From contig NC_135759.1 in the NCBI RefSeq assembly GCF_052425735.1, positions 15,376,001 to 15,440,000 on the forward strand: 64,000 bases of DNA. Direction: 5' to 3'. Positions 35,556 to 49,330 of the stretch are shown piece by piece (positions within the stretch are counted from its first letter, which is position 1; every line of letters starts with the position of its first letter). The notes under the pieces were generated by a model that was given only the letters and a program-made list of their open reading frames with translations, ran no database searches and was not told the origin of the DNA. Source of the stretch: Oculina patagonica (taxonomy: Eukaryota). The translations under genes and the position numbers were made by a program.

Positions 35556-35793
35556 GGGACGGACCATTATTTTTCTTGGAGGGGGGGGGGATGAAAAATT
35601 TTCCTCTGCAAACTTTTTTTTTTAGTTTATGCACCTCTGCAAACATTTGTTTTCGAAATTCTTACTATTTTTTGTTATACATATCGTGTTTGCAAACAAT
35701 TTATTTTGTCTTTCCAGGCCCTGCAAACAATTTTTTTCAATATTTTTCAGCCCCCCTCCCCCCCCCCCCCAAAAAAAAATAATGGTCCGTCCC
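35556..35793. mobile_element. PIF/Harbinger-type MITE
   Basis: TIR GGGACGGACCATTATTTTT / AAAAATAATGGTCCGTCCC with TAA/TAG flanks. Confidence 0.8.
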
Positions 35794-36366
35794 TAGTAGT
35801 CTTTTGCCTCAGAAAGATTTGTTTTGAAGGGCTTTTCAAAAATTCTTTTTTTAGCAAAAGTTGCAGAGGATATAGTTCATTTGAGGTCTGTTTGAGATAT
35901 GTTAGGTAAGTAGGCGGGTCATGAAAAGGACAACAAGCGTTATGTGCACATGCGACAAACAGACGCGCCCACGATTTGTTTGATAAGGTATAACAGAGCC
36001 GTGCTGGCAATATTTTACACTTGAAAGCATTGAATGGAACGATGTTAAGTTCTAGAAGAGCGATTGAGCTCGAAAACAAAGAAAGCAACGGTATTGTCTG
36101 CCATATTTTCTTTCTCTTCTTTCTCTTCAGAGTTACGTCATGAGAATGATGTCAGCATTTTCGAAAGCCTCCGTTTTCGCCGTCCTCACTTATGTGATAA
36201 CACTCCGTTTTCAAATGTTTCCACTTTGAACAGAATTTTCAAAAGTATGCGTTTTTGATGAAAACGATGAACGTTTTCGATCATTGAAGTGTGGACGGTA
36301 GGCGAAAACGCATTAGTGTGGAAAATTGAAAAGAAAAAATCCCTTTCAGTTTAAAGAATAATTTAT

Positions 36367-36870
36367 TCTTCTTGTATTTATATCACATCCACTAGCGGGT
36401 TCTGTTACTTGTACTGAAGATGGATCTTAAAGTTTCATCCGAGACTTGTTAACACTAAAAAAGTCGTGACCATCTTGAAAATCATCTCCTTTCTGTTGGT
36501 TTTAAGGAAATTTGATAAATTAATAGACCTTTTTTAGCTTTGTTCGTTTGCTGTCCCATTTCAGGCCATTTGAGATTTTTTTTTTCAAATTAAAAAAATC
36601 AATCGGGTGAAAATGCATAAATAATTCTTTGATAGATAAGGAAAAAACTCTCTAGAGAACATCGCACGATCTGAAATGGACAATTTGCATACAAACTGAA
36701 AAATTGTTTTCCGGCGCAATGATCTTGATTTAATTTTGCCTATTTTTTAGTATTTGCTTGCAATGAACTGCGTTTGAAACCCTGTGTCCTGGCTTAATAG
36801 AGAAGGAAGCATGGAGTTGGTTGAACACTTAAGGGGAGAAAATGGTATTTCATGTTTATTCCGATGTTAT
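36367..36870. repeat. Older duplication: matches 55408-55930
   Basis: TTCTTGTATTTATATCACATCCACTAGCGGGTTCTGTTACTTGTACTGAAGATGGATCTT and the following ~450 bp recur at 55408. Also, 55930-57170 holds diverged pieces of the tandem unit and 57260-57860 matches 51690-52640. Confidence 0.85.
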
Positions 36871-37094
36871 ATTTTTTTTTTAAATTAAAAAAAAAAACAA
36901 TCCACGTGAAAATGTGCTCCGTGTGGCAATTTGAATATTGTTCAATTCTAAATTATATTAAAATTCAATTATAAGTAAGGGCGTAATGTTTTCTCCCCTT
37001 TCTGAACTTTCCGCATAAGTATCACAGCAAGATTGTGTTTTTTCTGTTAAATCAATGAAGTTCCCTGAGCTTTTAAGGTATAGTGCTTCGCTTT

Positions 37095-37280
37095 TTTCTT
37101 CGGTTGTCCCAAATTCAACTCCTCCACGCTTTTGTAAATAGCCAACTGGTCAGCCTCCTGCCAGTTGGGGTTTTAACAAGTTTATGTTCGATTTTCAATA
37201 TTTGTTTATCTATTTACAGTATCCACAATTAGCACAGTAGTGCTAAATACATTGACACTTAAATAAAGTGATTTTTTTTT
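37095..37280 (+). mobile_element. 5'-truncated SINE/LINE tail present only in array unit 1
   Basis: TTGTAAATAGCCAACTGGTCAGCCTCCTGCCAGTTGGG..AAATAAAG inserted in a T-run. Units 2-4 show the empty site CGCTTTTGGCAGCAG. Confidence 0.65.
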
Positions 37281-38474
37281 GGCAGCAGAATAACGGATAT
37301 GTCACAAAATAGAAAAAGTATCTCTCCACCAAATTACCGTCTGCTGAATAATTACGTCTGGTACCAGAGGGCAAAATGGGAAGAAAATTGTCCAAAATGA
37401 ATATAGTTAATTGTCTGATTTTTTCTACAAATAACTTGAGTGAATTTGATTCCAGCCATTTTACAGTTGCAATTGGATTTTACTAAAATGATATACCAAA
37501 GTTTGTCGATAAAAGAAACTTTTTTTCCATAAGAGTGACGTTCCCATTTTTAAACAAGTATATGGACATTAATATGTATACAAATTAATGCAAAAAGAAA
37601 CAGACATATTCTGACTTTACGTGGCAGCTAGTTTAGCTAAATGCCCTGAATGGCTTCGCCGCTCGCGCGTGTGACCCAAGCCCTACCCTGTTCGCAGGCT
37701 ATTAGTAATATTTTTGTAAATGACTGGTTCAGTTACTATGTTAACCCACAAGCTCACAACCTCTGTTTGTGGTCACGTCTCGCCAAGATATTTTTTTAAA
37801 AGTTTCTTCACTTATTGAACAGAACAGAATTGAATTCATTTATTATGCGTGAAAAAGCAAAACTTCTTGCCTGTGAAAAGCATTTTCCAGCCTTTTCCTT
37901 TTGTGGCAATTTACTCTATACTAGCGAAAAATGTACGGCTGAAATCAAAATGAGGTTAATGGCCAGCAAAAGTAGCGTTCGTAAAGTATTCCAACCGAAA
38001 ATGATAACAAGAAAACATTGCGCGCAATGCAAGAAGTGCTCGTAAGCGGATTCAGTAAGTAATAAGCGCGCCATTGTTATCCCCAACGGTTACTTCAAGT
38101 AAAATCTACCGCCCTTTAAGCATGCGCCTTCATCAATGTAACCGTCCTTCTTATTTTGTTGATACATATATACTTTGGAGATAATTGTTTAAGGGCGCCT
38201 TCGGTAGATGTATTTCAAACGACATTGCTCCAAATTATTGTCAATACAGTTATTTCTTTTAGCATTCAGCAACTGCCATATAGAACCTTTTTTTCTGTCG
38301 AAACCAGCGAGCGGCTATTTATACGTAAGTGGCATCGGTACGATTAGATTTTATTTCTTAAACGCATTCGTAAGATGAAGTATTCCGAGAGAGGAGAAAG
38401 ATACCGCTTTGAAATGCTCCACCACAGTCAAGTATTGGTGAGCTGGCACAGAAAACGCATTATTTTCTAGGCTA

Positions 38475-38980
38475 CCATATTTACTCGAATAAGCACCGCG
38501 GCGCTTATTTAATTTTTTGCGCCACAAGTGCGGCCCTTTTATCGAGGGCGTCGCTTAATTGAGGGCAACGCTAATTTAAAATTTAGACGCCGCAAAGAAT
38601 GAATAAAAATAAAATAAAATAAAAAACGAAACTTCTATAGTAGATAAAAGAAGAATCTTTTGATTGTCAGGATTCGTGCTTTACGGAAGAGAGTAGTTGC
38701 GCTTGCTGTCCCGAAAAAGCTCACGGCCTTCACAATGTTAACCGAACTTCGTATTGTTAGAATTTTTGATAGGCAAGCGGTACAACATAACTTTGAACTG
38801 CGAAACATCGCTTATGATGAAAAGGAATTTCCAAGGCTGTTTCAGAGCTTCTTTGTAGTGCTATTTTTGTTTATACGGAATTCCTCAAGTAAGCGCCGCA
38901 TCGGGACTGCGGCGCTTATTAACTTTTTTGTCCCGAATGCGGCGCTTATTCGGGGGCGGCGATTATTCGAGTAAATACGG
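38475..38980. mobile_element. TA-TSD MITE (CCGTATTTACTCGAATAA TIR) in unit 1
   Basis: CCATATTTACTCGAATAAGC / TTATTCGAGTAAATACGG. The empty site GGCTAGTCAC is seen in units 2 and 3. Confidence 0.85.
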
Positions 38981-41900
38981 AAGTCACTTGTGAATTAAAT
39001 TAATTTCTTACTAACAGAATCCAAAATATAAAGCTAACATAACGCCTTTCCTTTGTTTATAGATATTTGCTTGCCAGCCGGACAACTTTTGGGGGTCTGG
39101 GCTATCTTTGTGGGAGATATGTTATGGAGTTTAATTGTTTTTTGTTTGTTTTTTTTTTTTGCGAAATAAAAAGAGGAGGCGTATTTTGGAGAGGTACTTG
39201 CCATTCTGTTCGGTAATCCACTTGCTTGACGTTGGTCCGCAGAATCGAGGATCAATTTGAACGGTCTACAAACTGATACAGCTTCCTATTCTATTGAAAG
39301 TTCCGTCGAACGAGTGTTACTAAGCAGCCGATGGCACTGGTGGGATATGAACGCTAGACTGTAAACACAATTTCATGGCTAATTATTCCGCAGATAAGAT
39401 AGGAGGTCTGCGTGCAAAACGGTGTATCAATTTCGCATCCATGACCTGGCGCTTTAAATATTCACAAGCTCGTTAAACCCTTAAAACGGCGACATCAGTC
39501 TATATGTATCCATGCTCACTATTTGTAAATGAATACTGGCATTATTTCTCGTAAGATATCTTGGAATAAATGTACCATTTTGGTCTATAAATACATTGCA
39601 GTGAATTTGATTGTATAAGTTTTAAGAAGTGACTTCTTTTTTGCTTACTATATAAACGCCGCTTGTTATGTTATACCTCCTTCTGTGACGTACGTTTACA
39701 GTTATACACGAGTCCTGTATCACGATTCAGAAGGGAGAGAGTTGATAAAACCTGACTTTAGGAAAGAAAAGAATATTGCGTGTTTATTCCTAGTTTAAAT
39801 TTCCAAAAGTAAACAATTATTTCTGAAGATACGTCTATAAACATTACGAATGATTTTTAAAAACGTGCACTCAGTACTTTTTTTTTTCAGTTGAATCATA
39901 TTTGTGTTCGCTGTAAACAAATAACCTACATAAGTTGTATGGGATTCAATCGTATTACTTCAAATCTAACTTAGAATTCAACGTTGGAAAGTTCGAATTC
40001 TGAAATATTTTGAGAAGTTGTGCACTGGCCATAAGATTGCTGCTTATACAAAACGTTTAATCCTGTACATTTACATTTAAAAATGATGATATAGAGTCAT
40101 CGAAACGTTATGTAACTTCCTGTTAAAATGACTCGCGATGGTCTTCAAGAAACGGTCTGATGTCTGCGAACAGTGCTTTCAAAATCTCCCGCAATAGAGG
40201 CTACCAACGTTATGTTGGGAGTAATATATAATCGAAGTAATAATAAAACCTTAATTTAAGTGTCAAGCTAAAGCAGCAGTAAAAGAACCCCTGAATTGGG
40301 GCACTAACAATTAAAATAAAAAAGTAATTTAAACCCACCTAAAATACTAACATTAAGATGCTAAGATTCGCTCAAATGTTGTAACATTGCGGCGTTTCAG
40401 ACCGCGTTTGCATTAAACTAATAAGATGTCGTAGATGTGAAGAAGAAAAAATTCGTACCTTTGCGGCTTCAATCCAAATAAACGCAAACAACAAATCGTA
40501 ATCCTGCAAAACAATACGGGAAAATAAATATAAATTATGAGGTAAATGACAGAATAGTGCGAAAGACAATGTCTTTACGTGTCTTGTTTACTCACCTCGT
40601 CTAGCACAAATACCAAAGTGACCAAAGTTGGTCGTAATAGCATTCTATTGAAGTGCTACGTGTGGCAATTTGAATATTGTTCAATTCTAAATTTTATTAA
40701 AATTCAATTATAAGTAAGGGCGTATTGTTTTCTCCCCTTTCTAAACTTCCCGCATGAGTATCACAGCAAGATTGTGTCATTTCTGTTAAATCAATGAAGT
40801 TTCCTGAGCTTTTAAGGTATAGTGCTCCGCTTTTGGCAGCAGAATAACGGATATGTCACAAAATAGAAAAAGTATCTCTCCACCAAATTACCGTCTGCTG
40901 AATAATTACGTCTGGTACAAGAGGGCAAAATGGGAAGAAAATTGTCCAAAATGAATATAATTAATTTTCTGCTTTTTTCGACAAATAACTTGAGTGAATT
41001 TGATTCCAGCCATTTTACAGTTGCAATTGGATTTTGCTAAAATGATATACCAAAGTTTGTCGATAAAAGAAACTTTTTTCCCATAAGAATGACGTTCCCA
41101 TTTTTAAACAAGTATATGGACATTAATATGTATACAAATAAATGCAAAAAGAAACAGACATAATCTGACTTTATGTGGCAGCAAGCGTAGCTAAATGGCC
41201 TGAATGGCTTCGCCGCTCGCGCGTGTGATCCAAGCCCTACCCTGTTCGCAGGCTATTAGTAATATTTTTGTAAATGACTGGTTCAGTTACTATGTTAACC
41301 CACAAGCTCACAACCTCTGTTTGTGGTCATGGCTCGCCAAGATATTTTTTTAAAAGTTTCTTCACTTATTGAACAGAACAGAATTGAATTCATTTATTAT
41401 GCGTGAAAAAGCCAAGCTTCTTGCCCGTAAAAAGCATTTTCCAGCCTTTTCCTTTTGTGGCAATTCACTCTATACTAGCGAAAGTTGTGCGGCTGAAATC
41501 AAAATGAGGTTAATGGCCAGCAAAAGTAGCGTTCGTAAAGTATTCCAACCGAAAATGATAACAAGAAAACATTGCGCGCAATGCAAGAAGTGCTCGTAAG
41601 CGGATTCAGTAAGTAATAAGAGCGTCATTGTTATCCCTACCGCCCTTTAAGCATTCGCCTTCATCAATGTTACCGTCCTTTTTATTTTGTTGATACATAC
41701 TTTGGCGATAATTGTTTAAGGGCGCCTTCGGTAGAAGTATTTCAAACGACATTGCTCCAAATTATTGTCAATACAGTTATTTCTTTTAGCATTCAGCAAC
41801 TTCCATAGAGAAACTTTTTTTCTGTCGAAACCAGCGAGCGGTTATTTATACGTAAGTGGCATCGGTATAATTAGATTTTATTTCTTAAACGCATTCGTAA

Positions 41901-44369
41901 GATGAAGTATTCCGAGAGAGGAGAAAGATACCGCTTTGAAATGCTCCACCACAGTCAAGTGGTGGCACAGAAAACGCATTATTTTCTAGGCTAGTCACTT
42001 GTGAATTAAATTAATTTCTTACTAACAGAATCCAAAATATAAAGCTAACATAACGCCTTTCCTTTGTTTATAGATATTTGCTTGCCAGCCGGACAACTTT
42101 TTGGGGTCTGGGCTATCTTTGTGGGAGATATGTTATGGAGTTTAATTGGTTTTTGTTTTTTTTTTTTTTTTTTTTTTTTTTTTACGAAATAAAAAAAGGA
42201 GGCGTATTTTGGAGAGGGACTTGCCATTCTGTTCGGTAATCCACTTGCTTGACGTTGGTCCGCAGAATCGAGGATTAATTTGAACGGTCTACAAACTGAT
42301 ACAGCTTCCTATTCTATTGAAAGTTCCGTCGAGCGAGTGTTACTAAGCAGCCGATGGCACTGGTGGGATATGAACGCTAGACTGTAAACACAATTTCATG
42401 GCTAATTATTCCGCAGATAAGAGAGAAGGTCTGTGTGCAAAACGGTGTATCAATTTCGCATCCATGACCTGGCGCTTTAAATATTCACAAGCTCGTTAAA
42501 CCCTTAAAACGGCGACATCAGTCTATATGTATCCATGCTCACTATTTGTCAATGTATAATAACATTAGAGAGATTAAGCATGACATTATACGACAAACGG
42601 CAAACGCGAACTTGCCTTTCGTTTTGATACATTTTGACCGAATTCTAAAATTTCTACCTTATAAAAATAGGGGAAAAATCCCACAGTCATGATTGTTTAA
42701 AGGATCAATTTGAACGGTCTACAAATTGATACAGTTTCTTATTCTTTTGAAAGTTCCGACGACTGAGTGTTACTAAGCAGCCGATGGCATTGGTGGGATA
42801 TGAACGCTAAACCGTTAACGCAATTTTATGGCGAATTATTCCGCAGATAAGAGGGGAGGAGCAGCAGTAAAAGAACCCCTGAATTGGGGCACTAACAATT
42901 AAAATAAAAAAGTAATTTAAACCCACCTAAAATACTAACATTAAGATGCTAAGATTCGCTCAAATGTTGTAACATTGCGGCGTTTCAGACCGAGTTTGCA
43001 TTAAACTAATAAGATGTCGTAGATGTGAAGATGAAGAAATTCGTACCTTTGCGGCTTCAATCCAAATAAACGCAAACAAGAAATCGTAATCCTGCAAAAC
43101 AATACGGAAAAATAAATATAAATCATGAGGTAAATCACAGAACAGTGCGAAAGACAATGTCTTTACGTGTCTTGTTTACTCGCCTCGTCTAGCACAAATA
43201 CCAAAGTGACCAAAGTTGGTCGTAATTGCATTCTATTGAATTGCTCCGCGTGGCTATTTGAATATTGTTCAATTCTAAATTTTATTAAAATTCAATTATA
43301 AGTAAGGGCGTAATGTTTTCTCCCCTTTCTGAACTTCCCGCATGAGTATCACAGCGAGATTTTGTTATTTCTGTTAAATCAATGAAGTCTCCTGAGCTTT
43401 TAAGGTATAGTGCTCCGCTTTTGGCAGCAGAATAACGGATATGTCACAAAATAGAAAAAGTATCTCTCCACCAAATTACCGTCTGCTGAATAATTACGTC
43501 TGGTACAAGAGGGCAAAATGGGAAGAAAATTGTCCAAAATGAATATAATTAATTGTCTGCTTTTTTCGACAAATAACTTGAGTGAATTTGATTCCAGCCA
43601 TTTTACAGTTGCAATTGGATTTTGCTAAAATGATATACCAAAGTTTGTCGATAAAAGAAACTTTTTTCCCATAAGAATGACGTTCCCATTTTTAAAGAAG
43701 TATATGGACATTAATATGTATACAAATAAATGCAAAAAGAAACAGACATAATCTGACTTTACGTGGCAGCAAGCGTAGCTAAATGGCCTGAATGGCTTCG
43801 CCGCTCGCGCGTGTGATCCAAGCCCTACCCTGTTCGCAGGCTATTAGTAATATTTTTGTAAATGACTGGTTCAGTTACTATGTTAACCCACAAGCTCACA
43901 ACCTCTGTTTGTGGTCACGTCTCGCCAAGATATTTTTTTAAAAGTTTCTTCACTTATTGAACAGAACAGAATTGAATTCATTTATTATGCGTGAAAAAGC
44001 CAAGCTTCTTGCCCGTAAAAAGCATTTTCCAGCCTTTTCCTTTTGTGGCAATTCACTCTATACTAGCGAAAGTTGTGCGGCTGAAATCAAAATGAGGTTA
44101 ATGGCCAGCAAAAGTAGCGTTCGTAAAGTATTCCAACCGAAAATGATAACAAGAAAACATTACGCGCAATGCAAGAAGTGCTCGTAAGCGGATTCAGTAA
44201 GTAATAAGCGCGTCATTGTTATCCCTACCGCCCTTTAAGCATTCGCCTTCATCAATGTTACCGTCCTTTTTATTTTGTTGATACATACTTTGGCGATAAT
44301 TGTTTAAGGGCGCCTTCGGTAGAAGTATTTCAAACGACATTGCTCCAAATTATTGTCAATACAGTTATT

Positions 44370-44751
44370 AGGCCTACTCTGGGACCCAAAGTCGCCGTAA
44401 CTTTGGGCGACTTAAGGCGACTTTAGGCGATTTTAGCTTATTTTGTCCAAAATTACGAGCGATTTTGGGCAATTTTGGGCGACTTTAGGCGACTTTGGGC
44501 GATTTTGAGCGACTTTAGGCAATTTTAGGTGACCTTTTAGGCAATTTTAGGTGACCGACCTAAGTACAGTTGTGGTATACATGTACATGGAATCATCATG
44601 GTACACCATAAAGCATTGTTACAGAAAATATCTATACTATTTAAAGCGACTTTGAGCAACTTTGGGCGACTTTAGGCGACTTTGGGCGACTTTAGGCGAT
44701 TTTGAGCGATTTTGGGCGACTTTGGGCGATTTTGGGTCCCAGAGTAGGCCT
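44370..44751. mobile_element. MITE with 10-bp subterminal repeats, unit 3 only
   Basis: Perfect TIR AGGCCTACTCTGGGACCCAAA / TTTGGGTCCCAGAGTAGGCCT, duplicated GTTATT, and TTTGGGCGAC repeats. The other units show the empty site. Confidence 0.9.
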
Positions 44752-47621
44752 GTTATTTCTTTTAGCATTCAGCAACTGCCATAGAGAAACTTTTTTTCTG
44801 TCGAAACCAGCGAGCGGTTATTTATACGTAAGTGGCATCGGTATAATTAGATTTTATTTCTTAAACGCATTCGTAAGATGAAGTATTCCGAGAGAGGAGA
44901 AAGATACCGCTTTGAAATGCTCCACCACAGTCAAGTGGTGGCACAGAAAACGCATTATTTTCTAGGCTAGTCACTTGTGAATTAAATTAATTTCTTACTA
45001 ACAGAATCCAAAATATAAAGCTAACATAACGCCTTTCCTTTGTTTATAGATATTTGCTTGCCAGCCGGACAACTATTGGGGGTCTGGGCTATCTTTGTGG
45101 GAGATATGTTATGGAGTTTAATTGGTTTTTGTTTTGTTTTTTTGTTTTTTTTTTTTACGAAATAAAAAAAGGAGGCGTATTTTGGAGAGGGACTTGCCAT
45201 TCTGTTCGGTAATCCACTTGCTTGACGTTGGTCCGCAGAATCGAGGATTAATTTGAACGGTCTACAAACTGATACAGCTTCCTATTCTATTGAAAGTTCC
45301 GTCGAGCGAGTGTTACTAAGCAGCCGATGGCACTGGTGGGATATGAACGCTAGACTGTAAACACAATTTCATGGCTAATTATTCCGCAGATAAGATAGGA
45401 GGTCTGCGTGCAAAACGGTGTATCAATTTCGCATCCATGACCTGGCGCTTTAAATATTCACAAGCTCGTTAAACCCTTAAAACGGCGACATCAGTCTATA
45501 TGTATCCATGCTCACTATTTGTCAATGTATAATAACATTAGAGAGATTAAGCATGACATTATACGACAAACGGCAAACGCGAACTTGCCTTTCGTTTTGA
45601 TACATTTTGACCGAATTCTAAAATTTCTACCTTATAAAAATAGGGGAAAAATCCCACAGTCATGATTGTTTAAAGGATCAATTTGAACGGTCTACAAATT
45701 GATACAGTTTCTTATTCTTTTGAAAGTTCCGACGACTGAGTGTTACTAAGCAGCCGATGGCATTGGTGGGATATGAACGCTAAACCGTTAACGCAATTTT
45801 ATGGCGAATTATTCCGCAGATAAGAGGGGAGGAGCAGCAGTAAAAGAACCCCTGAATTGGGGCACTAACAATTAAAATAAAAAAGTAATTTAAACCCACC
45901 TAAAATACTAACATTAAGATGCTAAGATTCGCTCAAATGTTGTAACATTGCGGCGTTTCAGACCGAGTTTGCATTAAACTAATAAGATGTCGTAGATGTG
46001 AAGATGAAGAAATTCGTACCTTTGCGGCTTCAATCCAAATAAACGCAAACAAGAAATCGTAATCCTGCAAAACAATACGGAAAAATAAATACAAATCATG
46101 AGGTAAATCACAGAACGGTGCGAAAGACAATGTCTTTACGTGTCTTGTTTACTCACCTCGTCTAGCACAAATACCAAAGTGACCAAAGTTGGTCGTAATA
46201 GCATTCTATTGAAGTGCTACGTGTGGCAATTTGAATATTGTTCAATTCTAAATTTTATTAAAATTCAATTATCAAGTAAGGGCGTAATGTTTTCTCCCCT
46301 TTCTGAACTTCCCGCATGAGTATCACAGCGAGATTTTGTTATTTCTGTTAAATCAATGAAGTCTCCTGAGCTTTTAAGGTATAGTGCTCCGCTTTTGGCA
46401 GCAGAATAACGGATATGTCACAAAATAGAAAAAGTATCTCTCCACCAAATTACCGTCTGCTGAATAATTACGTCTGGTACAAGAGGGCAAAATGGGAAGA
46501 AAATTTTAGCGAATGTACAATTTTTTTGGTTGTCTTCTTCTTTCTAGAAATAACTTGAGTGAATTTGATTTCAGCCATTTTACAGTTGCTATTGGCTTTT
46601 GCTAAAATGATATTGCAAAAGTTTGTCGATAAAAGAAACGTTTTGCTATAAGAGTGGCGTTCCCATTATTAAACAAGTAAGGTATGGAAATAAATAGTAT
46701 GTTATTATACAAATTAATGCAAAAAGAAACAGACATATTCTGACTTTACGTGGGAGCAAGTGTAGCTAAATGGCCTGAATGGCTTCGCCGCTCGCGCGTG
46801 TGATCCAAGCCCTACCCTGTTCGCAGGCTATTAGTAATATTTTTGTAAATGACTGATTCAGTTATTATGTTAACCCACAAGCTCACAACCTCTATTTGTG
46901 GTCACGTCTCGGCAAGATATTTTTTTAAAAGTTTCTTCACTTATTGAACAGAACAGAATTGAATTCATTTATTATGCGTGAAAAAGCAAAACTTCTTGCC
47001 TGTGAAAAGCATTTTCCAGCCTTTTCTTTTTGTGACAATTCACTCTATACTAGCGAAAATTGTACAGCTGAAATCAAAATGAGGTTAATGGCCAGCAAAA
47101 GTAGCGTTCGTAATATAAAGTATTCCAATCGAAAATGATAACAAGAAAACATTACGCGCAATGCAAGAAGTGCTCGTAAGCGGATTCAGTAAGTAATAAG
47201 CGCGCCATTGTTATCCCCAACGGTTACTTCAAGCGCGCTAGCGCTTTCAGTAAAATCTACCGCCCTTTAAGCATGCGCCTTCATTTATGTAACCGTCCTT
47301 CTTATTTTGTTGATACATAGTTTGGAGATAATTGTTTAAGGGCGCCTTCGGTAGAAGTATTTCAAACGACATTGCTCCAAATTATTGTCAATACAGTTAT
47401 TTCTTTTAGCATTCAGCAACTGCCATATAGAAACTTTTTTTCTGTCGAAACCAGCGAGCGGTTATTTATACGTAAGTGGCATCGGTACGATTAGATTTTA
47501 TTTCTTAAACGCATTCGTAAGATGAAGTATTCCGAGAGAGGAGAAAGATACCGCTTTGAAATGCTCCACCACAGTCAAGTATTGGTGAGCTGGCACGGAA
47601 AACGCATTATTTTCTAGGCTA

Positions 47622-48143
47622 CCATATTTAATCGAATAAGCGCCGCCGCGCTTATTTAATTTTTCGCGCCACAAGTGCGGCGCTTATTCGAGGGCGGCGC
47701 TTTATTGAGGGCAACGCTAATTTAAAATTTGGACGCCGCAAAGAATCGAATCTAAACGAAACTTCTATATTAGATAAAAGAAGAATCTTTTGATTGTCAG
47801 GATTCGTACTTTACGGAAGAGAGTAGTTGCGCTTGCTGTCCCGAAAAAGCTCACGGCCTTCACAATGTTAACAGAACTACGTATTGTTAGAATTTTTGAT
47901 AGACAAGCGGTAAAACATAACTTTGAACTGCGAAACATCGCTTATGATGAAAAGGAATTTCCAAGGCTGTTTCAGAGCTTCTTTGTAGTGCTATTTTTGT
48001 TTATACGGAATTCCTCGAGTAAGCGCCCCATCGGGACTGCGGCGCTTATTCGGGGGCGGCGCTTATTAACATTTTTGTCCCGAATGCGGCGCTTATTCGA
48101 GGCGGCGCTTATTCGGGGGCGGCGCTTATTCGAGTAAATACGG
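47622..48143. mobile_element. Same TA-TSD MITE in unit 4
   Basis: Same site and sequence as 38475-38980, with TA on both sides and GGCGCTTATT subterminal repeats. Confidence 0.85.
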
Positions 48144-49330
48144 TAGTCACTTGTGAATTAAATTAATTTCTTACTAACAGAATCCAAAATATAAAGCTAA
48201 CATAACGCCTTTCCTTTGTTTATAGATATTTGCTTGCCAGCCGGACAACTTTTGGGGGTCTGGGCTATCTTTGTGGGAGATATGTTATGGAGTTTAATTG
48301 TTTTTTTTTTGTTTTGTTTTTTGCGAAATTAAAAAAAGGAGGCGTATTTTGGAGAGGGACTTGCCATTCTGTTCGGTAATCCACTTGCTTGACGTTGGTC
48401 CGCAGAATCGAGGATCAATTTGAACGGTCTACAAACTGATACAGCTTCCTATTCTATTGAAAGTTCCGTCGAGCGAGTGTTACTAAGCAGCCGATGGCAC
48501 TGGTGGGATATGAACGCTAGACTGTAAACACAATTTCATGGCTAATTATTCCGCAGATAAGAGAGGAGGTCTGCGTGCAAAACGGTGTATCAATTTCGCA
48601 TCCATGACCTGGCGCTTTAAATATTCACAAGCTCGTTAAACCCTTAAAACGGCGACATCAGGCTATATGTATCCATGCTCACTATTTGTAAATGAATACT
48701 GGCATTATTTCTCGTAAGATATCTTGGAATAAATGTACCATTTTGGTCTATAAATACATTGCAGTGAATTTGATTGTATAAGTTTTCAGAAGTGACTTCT
48801 TTTTTGCTTACTATATAAACGCCGCTTGTTATGTTATACCTCCTTCTGTGACGTACGTTTACAGTTATCACGAGTCCTGTATCACGAGTCAGAAGGGGGA
48901 GAGTTGATAAAACACTTTAGGAAAGAAAAGAATATTGCGTGTTTATTCCTAGTTTAAATTTCCAAAAGTAAACGATTATTTCTGAAGATACGTCTAACAT
49001 TGCGAATGATTTTTAAAAACGTGCACTCAGTATTTTTTTTTTCAGTTGAATCATATTTGTGTTCGCTGTAAACAAATAACCTACATAAGTTGTATGGGAT
49101 TCAATCGTATTACTTCAAATCTAACTTAGAATTCAACGTTGGAAAGTTCGAATTCTGAAATAATTTGGGAAGTTGTGCACTGGCCATAAGATTGCTGCTT
49201 ATATAAAACGTTTAATCCTGTACATTTTAATTTAAAAATGATGATATAGAGTCATTGAAACGTTATGTAACTTCCTGTTAAAATGACTCGCGATGGTCTT
49301 CAAGAAACGGACTGATGTCTGCGAACAGTG

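Noticed and set aside
36412-36450. Hammerhead-like CTGAAGA-TGGAT..ATCC-GAGAC (also at 55451)
   Set aside because: GAAA is GAGA, with no GUH site or helix I. At most a dead Penelope-end relic.
44400-44735. Regular TTTGGGCGAC repeats suggesting a CRISPR array or telomere-like tract
   Set aside because: 10-bp units without unique spacers, enclosed by TIRs and a TSD: subterminal repeats of a MITE. There are no cas genes and the context is eukaryotic.
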